A stretch of 10,459 bases of DNA from Candidatus Micrarchaeota archaeon (GCA_037440825.1 JBBITJ010000026.1:1-10459), one strand, 5' to 3'. Numbered from the stretch's first letter, positions 1 through 10,431 are shown. The notes: a model not told the origin generated them from the sequence alone. A program made the numbers and translations.

Positions 1-965
1 CCTTTCTGGTCGCGCCTCCTGCGCTTGGCAGCCTTTTCCTCCTCGTCTTCTTTCTTGGATTCCGAGGGGGATTCCTCCTCTTTTTCTGAGGATTTGGATA
101 TCTGGATGGTGTCCAGCCTGGAAAGCACGTAATCCATCATCATCTGGGCTCGGTCTATCGATGGGTTGATCGTGTTCGACAGCCCTGCCTGCTGGAGGAA
201 CCGTTTTGCCCCCTCCATGCCGCCTTTTTTGACCGCTTGATTGAATTTGACGTAATCCTCGTAGCTTCTTTGTGTGAAAACCTTCAAGCCCATCTCGCCG
301 ATTGCATACGCTTCTTCTGAGCCGTTCCGGCGTCCGGCAGTTGCGAGAGTAGTTGTGACCTTGCACCCTGAATGCTCTACCGCCATCGCTTTTGCGACGT
401 CAGCTTGGCATGACGCAATGGATTCCTTTGGCGCCACGGTTTCGCATGCATTGACCGCAGTGTTGATTTTCACGATTTCGAAGTAGGACATGTCTTGGAT
501 GTTCATTCCGAAAGCGGCGAGGGTCGACGAAACCACTAAGTTCTCCGAGACGCTCATTGCCGCTCGCTGCGCTTCGGCATATTTTTTTTGCGCGTCCGAT
601 TCTGTAAGGATTCCGCCGGATTTCTTGATCTCGGACTTGAATGCTGCATATTCAGATTCGCTCGACATGAATTTCGTGCCCCCGGACTGGGGCAGCGAAA
701 ATACGTTTCCCTGCGGGTTTTGGAAGGAGGTAAAGTCGAGAAGGCCCATTGTTGAAGGGTTTTTTTTCCCGTCGCTCGGCCTGAGCAACTCCAACACCTT
801 GGACTTGCTTTCGTCCGGAAGGTGCTGGAACTCGCTCGAGTTGCGCAACACCTCGTTCCGCTTCTGCTCCGGCAGCTTGGCGAAGTCCTTGGCGCCCATG
901 CCGATCATCTTCTCGGCATCCTGCACTGTTATGTCGCACGGGAGTTTCGCTGCTGGTCCGCCCAT
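1..965 (-). CDS. Hypothetical protein, 3'-partial (>=321 aa; runs off the left edge)
   Basis: Absent from the ORF track because it has no stop in the window. Manual translation of the minus frame is open from ATG 965 to the edge: MGGPAAKLPCDITVQDAEKMIGMGAKDFAKLPEQKRNEVL...SKSSEKEEESPSESKKEDEEEKAAKRRRRDQK. An SD-like AGGTGGA lies just upstream of ATG 965; an alternative in-frame ATG is at 1016. The plus-strand ORFs 274-486 and 490-1026 are its antisense shadows. No family recognised. Confidence 0.8.
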   Translation of the reverse strand, partial: MGGPAAKLPCDITVQDAEKMIGMGAKDFAKLPEQKRNEVLRNSSEFQHLPDESKSKVLELLRPSDGKKNPSTMGLLDFTSFQNPQGNVFSLPQSGGTKFMSSESEYAAFKSEIKKSGGILTESDAQKKYAEAQRAAMSVSENLVVSSTLAAFGMNIQDMSYFEIVKINTAVNACETVAPKESIASCQADVAKAMAVEHSGCKVTTTLATAGRRNGSEEAYAIGEMGLKVFTQRSYEDYVKFNQAVKKGGMEGAKRFLQQAGLSNTINPSIDRAQMMMDYVLSRLDTIQISKSSEKEEESPSESKKEDEEEKAAKRRRRDQK

Positions 966-1010
966 AGTTCCACCTGTTTCCCGGCCATTTTTCCACCAAC
1001 TTACATTGCT

Positions 1011-1031
1011 CAGCATTTATTTATAATGCTG
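1011..1031. promoter_or_regulatory. Inverted repeat CAGCATT-N7-AATGCTG overlapping a minus-strand TATA-like box (TTATAAATA, 1026-1018)
   Basis: Perfect 7-bp arms at 1011-1017 and 1025-1031 in the dnaJ/orphan intergenic region. Could be an operator over the orphan gene promoter or a hairpin at the 3' end of the dnaJ transcript. Confidence 0.4.
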
Positions 1032-1057
1032 CGCTGGTCTCTTTTATGCAGAAGGGC

Positions 1058-2158
1058 TTAAAATCCGAATATCCCTTTGCGACCCTCCTTCTCGAATTGA
1101 GAAAGTAGCTCCTTCTGCTTCTGGGAGAGTTTCTTGGGCACCTGAACTATCACGCGCACCAGCTCATCGCCTTTCCCCCTTCCATGGACATCAGGCATCC
1201 CTTCTCCTCTCAGCCTGAACACAGTATGGCTCTGCGTTCCAGGAGGGATCTCTAGCTTCGCGCCCTTCCCGTCTATCGTGGGAACATCTATCTTCGCTCC
1301 GAGGGCCGCTTGTGAAAATGAAATGGGCATTTCAAGATAGAGGTCGTTCCTCTGCCTCTCGAAAATTTTGTGCGGAAGAACGCTCACCGTGATGTAGAGG
1401 TCGCCGGTCCCGTCGCGCGCCGCTTCCCCTTGCCCGTCCAGCCTCACCTGCATCCCGTCGCGTATTCCACGGGGGATCTGCACCGAGAGTTTTTCGCTAC
1501 TGGAAACGGTCCCTTTCCCGCGGCAGGACTTGCAGGTCTTCTCTACGGTCTTGCCTTCCCCGTTGCACACGTCGCACGAGGTTATGGAGCGGAAAACCAT
1601 GGGACCCATGTGCCTCATCTGTGCCAGTTCCCCTTTTCCTCCGCACTTGTAGCAGGATTTGAATCCTGAGCCCGGCTCGGCGCCGCTTCCAGAGCATTTT
1701 GTGCAGAGTACCTCTTTTTCCAAATAGAGTTCGCGCTTGGTTCCCGCAGCGGCCTCTTCCAACGTTATTTCGACGTGAGCGTGCAAGTCCCTGCCGTAAT
1801 GACCCCTGCGCCTCCTTCCATACCCGCTGCCGAACATGGAGGAGAATATCTCGTCCCCGAACCCGAACTGCTTGAACAGGTCGGAAAAGTCGGAGAAGTC
1901 CGCGTTGCGGAATATGTCCTCCTTGGAATAGCGCTGGTCGAAGCCCGCGTGGCCGTATTGGTCGTACTGCTCCCTTTTCGCATCATCGGAAAGGACCGCA
2001 TAAGCCTCGGAGATCTCCTTGAACTTCTCCTCTGCGTCCTTCCCGGAATTGCGGTCAGGGTGGTACTTGAGCGCGAGCTCGCGGTACGCTTTCTTGATCT
2101 GGTCCTTGGACGCCCCTTTGGGCACGCCCAGCACTTCGTAGTAGTCGCGTTTGGTCAT
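1058..2158 (-). CDS. dnaJ: Molecular chaperone DnaJ (Hsp40, class A)
   Basis: J domain ([12 protein letters not shown]...KYHPD), G/F-rich linker, four CxxCxGxG zinc-finger motifs ([32 protein letters not shown]) and C-terminal substrate-binding domain. Start set to ATG 2158, just after the dnaK stop, rather than the track's 2191. Confidence 0.98.
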   Translation of the reverse strand: MTKRDYYEVLGVPKGASKDQIKKAYRELALKYHPDRNSGKDAEEKFKEISEAYAVLSDDAKREQYDQYGHAGFDQRYSKEDIFRNADFSDFSDLFKQFGFGDEIFSSMFGSGYGRRRRGHYGRDLHAHVEITLEEAAAGTKRELYLEKEVLCTKCSGSGAEPGSGFKSCYKCGGKGELAQMRHMGPMVFRSITSCDVCNGEGKTVEKTCKSCRGKGTVSSSEKLSVQIPRGIRDGMQVRLDGQGEAARDGTGDLYITVSVLPHKIFERQRNDLYLEMPISFSQAALGAKIDVPTIDGKGAKLEIPPGTQSHTVFRLRGEGMPDVHGRGKGDELVRVIVQVPKKLSQKQKELLSQFEKEGRKGIFGF

Positions 2159-2168
2159 CGCATTACCG

Positions 2169-4022
2169 TTATTTCTTCTCGTACTTGCCACTCACCACGT
2201 TGTCGTCGTCAGGCTTCTTGTCGTCCTCCGGCTCCATCTTGAAGCCCGCGTTCTTTGCGGCGTCGGCTCCGCTCTGCTCGTATATCCTGCTTCCAACTTC
2301 CTGGAGAATCTTTTTCAGGCTTTCCATCTCCTGCCTGATTTTAGCAATATCGTTGGTGGAAAGCGCGTCCTTCGCGGATTTCAAGGCTTCCTGGATTTTC
2401 TTTTTCTGGTCCTCAGTCAACTTGTCCGCGAGGTCGGAGTTGGTCTTTTCTCCAGTATAGACCATGGATTCGAGCTCGTTCTTGGCTTCCGCGAGCTCCT
2501 TCGCTTTCCTATCTTCTTCCGCGTGCTCCTCCGCCTCGCGCATCTTCTTTTCTATCTCCGACTTGTCCATCTTGTGCGGGGCAGTTATGCGCATCTTCTG
2601 CTCCTTGCCTGTTCCCATGTCCTTTGCGGAAACGTGCAGGATGCCGTTCGCGTCTATGTCGAACGTGACTTCTATTTGCGGCACGCCCCTTGGGGCAGGG
2701 GGAATCCCCACGAGCGCGAACCTCCCCAGTGCGATGTTGTCCTTCGCCATCGGGCGCTCGCCCTGGAGCACGTTTATGTCCACGGAGGTCTGCATGTCTG
2801 CTGCAGTGGAGAACACTTGGCTCTTCCTCGTGGGTATGGTGGTGTTGCGCTCTATGAGCTTTGTAAATACACCGCCAAGCGTCTCTATTCCCAAGGAAAG
2901 AGGGGTAACGTCCAAGAGAAGAATGTCTTTCACTTCTCCTGCTAGAACGCCGCCCTGAACTGCCGCGCCCATCGCTACGCATTCCATCGGATCAACGCCG
3001 CGCTCAACCTTCTTCCCTACAATCCCTTCCACGAATTTCTGCACTATGGGCATTCTTGTGGGACCCCCTACCAGGATCACCTTGTCGATTTGCGCAGGGG
3101 TGAGCTTCGCATCCTTCAATGCCTGCTCTATGGGCCTTGAGCACCTTTCGATTATGGGGCGCACAAGTTCTTCGAGCTTCGCGCGCGTGAGCAGGTGCGA
3201 GAAGTGCTTGGGTCCTTTCGCATCAGAGGTGAGGAAAGGGAGCGAAATCTCGCTCTGCAAGGTTGTGGAGAGTTCTATCTTCGCTTTTTCCGCTGCTTCG
3301 CGGAGGCGCTGCATTGCCTGAACGTCTTTTCTTGCATCCATTCCGCTGTCCTTCATGAACTGGTCGGCAAGGTAATCCACGAGCACGTTGTCCATGTCCG
3401 TGCCTCCGAGCTGCGTGTCGCCGCTGGTGGATTTGACTTCGAACACTTTGCCGCCGAATTCCATTATCGTTACGTCCAGCGTTCCTCCTCCGAGGTCGAA
3501 GACCATTATCTTCATCTCCTTGTCTGACTTGTCCAGGCCGTATGCGAGGCATGCTGCCGTGGGCTCGTTCACCAAACGCACAACCTCTAAACCAGCTATC
3601 TCTCCAGCGTCCTTTGTGGCCTGTCTCTGGTTGTCGTCGAAATATGCGGGAACTGTGATTACCGCTTTCTTCACTGGCTGGCCGAGGAACGCTTCCGCGT
3701 CCGCCTTTATCTTCTGCAAAATCATGGCGGAGAGCTCCTGCGGCCTGTACTCCTTCCCGTAGATTTTGTATTTGAAATCCGTGCCCATCTTCCTCTTGAA
3801 CGCGCTAACTGTTCCCTGCGCATTAGCAACTGCCTGCCTCCTCGCAGGCTCTCCCACCAACCTCGTTCCATCAGGGTTTATCGAGACGTAGCTAGGGAAG
3901 GCCTTTCCGTAAAGGGATGCGCCTTCCGCGCTCGGCACAATTACCGGGCGCCCTGCTTCCAGTACGGAAGCTGCCGAATTCGAAGTTCCCAAATCTATTC
4001 CGATTATTTTTTCCGCTGCCAT
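2169..4022 (-). CDS. dnaK: Molecular chaperone DnaK (Hsp70)
   Basis: [31 protein letters not shown], linker [16 protein letters not shown] and [17 protein letters not shown] motifs. Start ATG 4022 follows SD AGGTGA (4033-4028). Confidence 0.99.
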   Translation of the reverse strand: MAAEKIIGIDLGTSNSAASVLEAGRPVIVPSAEGASLYGKAFPSYVSINPDGTRLVGEPARRQAVANAQGTVSAFKRKMGTDFKYKIYGKEYRPQELSAMILQKIKADAEAFLGQPVKKAVITVPAYFDDNQRQATKDAGEIAGLEVVRLVNEPTAACLAYGLDKSDKEMKIMVFDLGGGTLDVTIMEFGGKVFEVKSTSGDTQLGGTDMDNVLVDYLADQFMKDSGMDARKDVQAMQRLREAAEKAKIELSTTLQSEISLPFLTSDAKGPKHFSHLLTRAKLEELVRPIIERCSRPIEQALKDAKLTPAQIDKVILVGGPTRMPIVQKFVEGIVGKKVERGVDPMECVAMGAAVQGGVLAGEVKDILLLDVTPLSLGIETLGGVFTKLIERNTTIPTRKSQVFSTAADMQTSVDINVLQGERPMAKDNIALGRFALVGIPPAPRGVPQIEVTFDIDANGILHVSAKDMGTGKEQKMRITAPHKMDKSEIEKKMREAEEHAEEDRKAKELAEAKNELESMVYTGEKTNSDLADKLTEDQKKKIQEALKSAKDALSTNDIAKIRQEMESLKKILQEVGSRIYEQSGADAAKNAGFKMEPEDDKKPDDDNVVSGKYEKK

Positions 4023-4031
4023 TTCATTCAC

Positions 4032-4181
4032 CTAGTTAGTTTTTTTCTTCCCCATGTACATGCATGCGAACACGCTCCTTTCCAGTTCGAGCTGTGCGCG
4101 CCTTTTAGCGTCCTTCTCGTGTTCGAGCTCCTGCGTGAGCGCGTAGATTCTTTCTTTCATTTCATATTTGTCTGTGACCAT
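4032..4181 (-). CDS. Small hypothetical protein (49 aa, predicted helical/coiled-coil) between grpE and dnaK
   Basis: MVTDKYEMKERIYALTQELEHEKDAKRRAQLELERSVFACMYMGKKKTN. ATG 4181 is 1 nt after the grpE stop and is preceded by SD AAAGGTGA. Its TAG stop overlaps the dnaK SD (TAGGTGA). It fills the gap exactly. Confidence 0.7.
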   Translation of the reverse strand: MVTDKYEMKERIYALTQELEHEKDAKRRAQLELERSVFACMYMGKKKTN

Positions 4182-4182
4182 G

Positions 4183-4812
4183 TTATTCACCTTTTTTGTC
4201 GGAACCCGAAACCTGAGACTGTGAACCACCATCTGTTTTCCCAGCCTGCTTTTTCGCGATTATCACTTGCGCGTGCCTGAGCACCTTGTCCTTGAACATG
4301 TAACCCTTGCGCACAACCGAAACGATCGTGCCTTCCGGCTTGTCGCTCTCCTGCTGCATCAGGACATCATGCTTGTAAGGGTCGTATTTATGCCCGATGC
4401 ACTCCATCTCCTTCACTCCGTGCAAGGAAAGCGATTTCCTGAAATTGGAGAGGAGCATCTGGATACCCTTCTGCTCTTCCCCTTTCAGGTGCGCAATTGC
4501 ATTCTCGAACTCATCCAAGACGGAAATTTGGGATTTCCCGAATTCCATCTTCCCCATTTCAAGCATCTCGGATTTCTCCTTCTCGCTCCTCTTTTTGTAA
4601 TTCTCGAATTCCGCCTGCAACCGTATCAAATCGGATTCGAGGTCCTTCCTGCTTTCAGGCTTGAGCTCAAGGGTTTTGTCGTGAGAGATTTCCTTGTGCT
4701 GCTCGTGCGGAATCTCCTTTTTTTCCTCGTGCATGAGCTCCTTCGTCTCCTCGTGCACCAGTTTTTTTGCGTCTTCCCGCGAAAGCTTCGCTCCATTGTT
4801 CTTTTCAGCCAT
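4183..4812 (-). CDS. grpE: Nucleotide exchange factor GrpE
   Basis: RLQAEFENYKKR helix, YDPYKHDV and VVRKGYMFKDKVLRHAQV motifs. Upstream of dnaK-dnaJ, with SD-like GAGGCG before the ATG. Confidence 0.97.
   Translation of the reverse strand: MAEKNNGAKLSREDAKKLVHEETKELMHEEKKEIPHEQHKEISHDKTLELKPESRKDLESDLIRLQAEFENYKKRSEKEKSEMLEMGKMEFGKSQISVLDEFENAIAHLKGEEQKGIQMLLSNFRKSLSLHGVKEMECIGHKYDPYKHDVLMQQESDKPEGTIVSVVRKGYMFKDKVLRHAQVIIAKKQAGKTDGGSQSQVSGSDKKGE
4660..4755 (-). repeat. Four degenerate 24-bp (8-aa) tandem repeats in the grpE N-terminal region
   Basis: HEETKELM / HEEKKEIP / HEQHKEIS / HDKTLELK. Each unit starts with CAC GA on the coding strand at 24-nt spacing. Confidence 0.65.
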
Positions 4813-4897
4813 AAGCTCGCCTCTTGTGCTTAAATTTCAAAACATTTATTGTTATTTTAACAAATCTTTTTAAATTTATCTTTCCAAATCCACAACT
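4813..4897. promoter_or_regulatory. Divergent promoter region (grpE-dnaK-dnaJ versus regulator-cdc48) with a TATA-like TTTTTAAAT at 4867-4875
   Basis: Strongly AT-rich gap between divergent starts. The TATA-like element lies about 25 nt upstream of ATG 4898, consistent with a leaderless transcript. It also reads ATTTAAAA on the minus strand, with purine-rich GGAAAGATAA upstream. Confidence 0.65.
4849..4863. promoter_or_regulatory. Palindromic candidate operator TTGTTA-TTT-TAACAA
   Basis: Perfect 6-bp arms at 4849-4854 and 4858-4863, directly beside the TATA-like box and next to a wHTH regulator gene. Confidence 0.55.
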
Positions 4898-7454
<2,557 letters not shown>

Positions 7455-7457
<3 letters not shown>

Positions 7458-7582
7458 AAGCGTCTGACTAACCCGCGCAGCGCGGGCATCGCACATCCTT
7501 AATATACATCCTTAATGTATGTGTGCGATGTGCCAGCCAAATAATGCGGATATCCGGTTGAGGTATTAGTCAAACGCTTTCA
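7455..7582. other. 128-nt structured element with 17-nt terminal inverted repeats and internal hairpins (MITE-like element or structured RNA)
   Basis: Left arm TGAAAGCGTCTGACTAA (7455-7471) pairs with right arm TTAGTCAAACGCTTTCA (7566-7582) at 16/17 positions. Internal stems are CCCGCG/CGCGGG (7472-7486), CATCGCACA/TGTGCGATG (7487-7495 with 7522-7530) and ATACAT/ATGTAT (7504-7520), plus the palindrome CGGATATCCG (7547-7556). Confidence 0.7.
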
Positions 7583-7588
7583 GATAGG

Positions 7589-7597
7589 AATAAATAT
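7589..7597 (+). promoter_or_regulatory. Putative TATA-like box (AATAAATAT) for the gene starting at 7618
   Basis: AT-rich box centred about 25 nt upstream of ATG 7618, consistent with an archaeal leaderless start. Confidence 0.4.
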
Positions 7598-7617
7598 GCA
7601 AAACAGGAAATGAAAGC

Positions 7618-7998
7618 ATGAGCCTTTCCATCTTCGTGAAAACAGCGGGATTGAGCGTGGCTGCAGCCTTGGTGGCGTTCGCGCTCTACGGCACGGACCT
7701 GCTCTTCCTGGCAAAGGCGCTAGCTGTCGCAGGCGGCTTTTCCATAGCTTTCACCATCGTCTACCCTCACCTCAGGGGGGTGAAGAAGGGCGACAGGGTC
7801 ACGGTGCTGGGAAGCGGCATTCCGATGATATTAGGTCTGGGAAGAAGCGGGTTCGCGCTCACGGACAGCGGGCTGCACAAGGAGGTGCGCGTGAAGCTGG
7901 ACGACGGGAAGGAGGCTATCGGGATAGTGGAGAGTTACGGAGGGGTCATCTCTCCGCCCAAGGTGCGCATCCTCTACGAGGAGAAACTCGTTGAATGA
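7618..7998 (+). CDS. Membrane-anchored hypothetical protein (two N-terminal TM helices plus a beta-rich C-terminal domain resembling the FlgA C-terminal domain; NfeD-like OB fold is the alternative)
   Basis: Hydrophobic segments at about residues 5-24 and 28-49, followed by VKKGDRVTVLGSG...GFALTD...VRVKLDDGKEAIGIVE. Codon usage resembles neighbouring genes. Confidence 0.75.
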   Translation: MSLSIFVKTAGLSVAAALVAFALYGTDLLFLAKALAVAGGFSIAFTIVYPHLRGVKKGDRVTVLGSGIPMILGLGRSGFALTDSGLHKEVRVKLDDGKEAIGIVESYGGVISPPKVRILYEEKLVE

Positions 7999-8013
7999 GC
8001 GTACCGCAGGACG

Positions 8014-8598
8014 ATGATCATGATTTCCAACGAAGAGGCAAAGAACATCATAGTTTCGGTAATAGCGATTTCGCTCGCGCTTTCCATAGCGAACACGGGG
8101 CTGGGGATACTGGCTGCGCCGGGAAAGCTCGTGTTCATGATCTCGTTCTTCGCTATAACCGTGGGGACGGGATTCGTGCTCCACGAATTGGCGCACAAGT
8201 TCGTCGCTATACATTTCGGAGGAAGGGCGGAGTTCAGGATGTGGATGCAGGGGCTCTTACTTGCTCTCTTGTTTTCCGTTTTCGGCTTCGTGTTCGTGGC
8301 TCCGGGAGCGGTGTACATCTACGCACCCAAGATAACCAAGATGAAGAACGGGCTCATTTCACTTGCCGGGCCATTCACCAACCTTGCGCTCGCGCTTGTG
8401 TTCATGGCAGTCGGGATAGTGCTGCCGATGAAGGTGGGCAACATTTCGCTCTGGCTGTTCGCGTCCAAGATAAACGTGTGGCTGGGCATATTCAACATGA
8501 TTCCCATATTCCCGCTGGACGGAAGCAAGATAATGGACTGGAACCTGCTCGTATGGGGGCTTTTCGCCGCAATATTCGTAGTGATGTTCCTAATCTAG
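8014..8598 (+). CDS. Site-2 protease / peptidase M50 family intramembrane zinc metalloprotease
   Basis: HELAH (HExxH), SLAGP and NMIPIFPLDG (NxxPxxxLDG) motifs with multiple TM helices. The start may instead be ATG 8020. Confidence 0.95.
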   Translation: MIMISNEEAKNIIVSVIAISLALSIANTGLGILAAPGKLVFMISFFAITVGTGFVLHELAHKFVAIHFGGRAEFRMWMQGLLLALLFSVFGFVFVAPGAVYIYAPKITKMKNGLISLAGPFTNLALALVFMAVGIVLPMKVGNISLWLFASKINVWLGIFNMIPIFPLDGSKIMDWNLLVWGLFAAIFVVMFLI

Positions 8599-8605
8599 TG
8601 GTCTG

Positions 8606-9151
8606 ATGAGAGGCGCTGAAGCGATCCTGAAAAAAGCCAGGATGATCGGAAAGGGCATATTGGTGAAAGAGCGGATTCCCAAGGGATACAGGATCGCGGA
8701 GCTGGATGTGAAATTGCGGAGGGAGAGGACGAGGCAGGAAGCGCGGCTTCTCCATAGGGCGAAGATTGCCGGAGTGCGCTGCCCCACGGTTCTTTTTGTT
8801 GATGAATTTTCCATAGGGATGACTAGGATAAGCGGAAAAAGGCCAAGAATGGACGATGCGAAGAGCGAGGAGGCAGGGCGCATTCTGGCCAAGCTGCACA
8901 ATGCCGGAGTAATACATGGGGACTACACACCTGCGAACCTGCTTCTGGACAAGGAAGGCATATGTGTGATTGATTTCGGGCTCGGATTCTTCTCGGAGGA
9001 TGTGGAGGACAAGGCTGTGGACGTGCTCACCATGCTCAAGAGCATGAAGAATGCTGATGCATTCCTGCGCGGGTACAGGAAAGAGTCGAAGGAATACGGA
9101 AAAATTATGAAAAGATTGGAGGAAGTGAGGAAAAGGGCGAGGTATTCATAA
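8606..9151 (+). CDS. bud32: KEOPS complex kinase/ATPase Bud32 (stand-alone)
   Basis: GAEA P-loop, KERIPKGYR, LRRERTRQEARLL, IHGDYTPAN, IDFGL, EDKAVD and C-terminal RKRARY are typical of Bud32/PRPK. Confidence 0.93.
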   Translation: MRGAEAILKKARMIGKGILVKERIPKGYRIAELDVKLRRERTRQEARLLHRAKIAGVRCPTVLFVDEFSIGMTRISGKRPRMDDAKSEEAGRILAKLHNAGVIHGDYTPANLLLDKEGICVIDFGLGFFSEDVEDKAVDVLTMLKSMKNADAFLRGYRKESKEYGKIMKRLEEVRKRARYS

Positions 9152-10378
9152 TCAATAAATTATGAAACCTTTGCAAAGGTTCTCCACATCCGCCTTCACT
9201 TTCGCGAGCGCTGCGGGATCGTTCCTGTTCTCTATCGCCCTGGTTATGAAAGACGCGATTTCCTTCATCTCGCTCTCCTTCATTCCTCGGGAAGTGAGCG
9301 CAGGGGTTCCTATCCTCAATCCGGATGGATTGAACGGAGTGGAAGGATCGTAGGGAATCGCGTTCTTGTTAGTGGTTATCCCTACTGAATCAAGCAGCAC
9401 CTGGGCCTCCTTGCCCATTATGCTCTTGTTCCTCAAGTCTATGAGAATGAGATGGTTGTCCGTTCCTCCTGAAACTAGGCGGAAGCCGTATCCAATAAGC
9501 TCTTCTGCGAGCACCTTCGCATTCTTCACTATCTGCTTAGCATAAGCCTTGAAGTCCGGCTTAGCAGCCTCCTTGAGCGCGACCGCGATTGCCGCAGTCT
9601 GGTGGTCGTGCGGCCCGCCCTGCAATCCGGGAAAGACCGCCTTGTCTATGGCCTGCGCGTACTGGGCCTTGCACATTATCATGGCGCCGCGAGGTCCGCG
9701 CAGGGTCTTGTGCGTGGTTGTCGAAACCACGTCGAAATAGGGTGTGGGGTTCTCGTGCACCCCTGCGGCGCACAGGCCTGCTATGTGGGCTATGTCCGCG
9801 AACGCATATGCGCCCACTTCGTCGCATATCTCCCTCACCCTGCGGAAGTCGTATGTGCGCGGGTAAGCGGTCGCGCCGACGATTATCATCTTGGGCTTCT
9901 CTTCCTTCGCCTTCTTCAGCATGAGGTCGTAATCGATCAGTTCGGTCTCTTTGTCCACCCCGTATGAAATCATCTTATAGAGCTTGCCTGAGAAGTTCAC
10001 GGGAGAGCCGTGGGTGAGGTGTCCGCCCTGGGAGAGCTCCATGCCCATCACCTTCTCCCCTAATGGGACCATGGCCATGTACACGGCCTGATTCGCGGGC
10101 GAGCCGGAATAGGGCTGGACGTTCGCATGCTCGGCCCCGAAGAGCTTCTTGGCCCTTTCCCGCGCTATGTCCTCTATCACGTCGATGAATTCGTTTCCTC
10201 CGTAGTAGCGCTTGCCCGGGTAGCCTTCGGAATATTTGTTGGTGAGCCAGCTTCCGAGCGCTTCCATCACTTCCTTCGAAACGTAATTCTCGGAAGGTAT
10301 GAGCTCGAGCCCATACATCTGCCTGTGCAGCTCCTTCTGCATGTTCTCGTAAATCTCCGGGTCCTTGTCCTTCAGCAT
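9152..10378 (-). CDS. glyA: Serine hydroxymethyltransferase
   Basis: [44 protein letters not shown]-lysine motif [21 protein letters not shown] and [18 protein letters not shown] precedes ATG 10378. Confidence 0.99.
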   Translation of the reverse strand: MLKDKDPEIYENMQKELHRQMYGLELIPSENYVSKEVMEALGSWLTNKYSEGYPGKRYYGGNEFIDVIEDIARERAKKLFGAEHANVQPYSGSPANQAVYMAMVPLGEKVMGMELSQGGHLTHGSPVNFSGKLYKMISYGVDKETELIDYDLMLKKAKEEKPKMIIVGATAYPRTYDFRRVREICDEVGAYAFADIAHIAGLCAAGVHENPTPYFDVVSTTTHKTLRGPRGAMIMCKAQYAQAIDKAVFPGLQGGPHDHQTAAIAVALKEAAKPDFKAYAKQIVKNAKVLAEELIGYGFRLVSGGTDNHLILIDLRNKSIMGKEAQVLLDSVGITTNKNAIPYDPSTPFNPSGLRIGTPALTSRGMKESEMKEIASFITRAIENRNDPAALAKVKADVENLCKGFIIY

Positions 10379-10423
10379 GCGCCCACCTTTTAGAATAAGC
10401 TGATGCGAGTTCGCGAAGAAAAA

Positions 10424-10431
10424 ATATAAAG
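10424..10431 (-). promoter_or_regulatory. Putative TATA box (CTTTATAT) for glyA, followed by a T-rich tract
   Basis: TTTATA consensus about 50 nt upstream of the glyA ATG, leaving room for a short leader containing the SD. The adjacent TTTTTTCTT could also terminate an upstream transcript. Confidence 0.5.

Noticed and set aside
582..767. Two A8 runs on the coding strand of the orphan gene (582-589, 760-767) as phase-variation or frameshift sites
   Set aside because: The frame stays open through both runs and they are explained by Lys-Lys codons.
274..1061. ORFs 274-486, 490-1026 and 822-1061 (+) and 652-999 (-)
   Set aside because: Antisense or off-frame shadows of the real minus-strand gene at 1-965, with Ser/Phe-rich or Arg-rich composition and no motifs.
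2159..2191. Apparent dnaK/dnaJ overlap and N-terminal extension [11 protein letters not shown]
   Set aside because: Artefact of choosing the most upstream GTG. The J domain begins at ATG 2158.
1370..4833. Many alternative ORFs over dnaJ, dnaK and grpE (e.g. 2151-2945 +, 2464-2958 +, 4267-4833 +)
   Set aside because: They lie over unambiguous conserved genes and have typical shadow-frame composition.
4813..4897. CIRCE/HrcA operator or sigma-32 promoter upstream of grpE
   Set aside because: No TTAGCACTC-N9-GAGTGCTAA is present and the context is archaeal. The short direct repeats (TTAAATTT at 4830 and 4870) are unremarkable in AT-rich DNA.
7596..7621. Chain of micro-ORFs (MQNRK*, MKA*) linked by ATGA overlaps to ATG 7618
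   Set aside because: Easily arises by chance in A-rich DNA, and it overlaps the likely promoter, so it is probably not within the transcript.
7995..8606. 203-aa plus-strand ORF overlapping the M50 gene in another frame
   Set aside because: The 8014-8598 frame holds all the M50 catalytic motifs, and this frame is Arg/Gly-rich without recognisable features.
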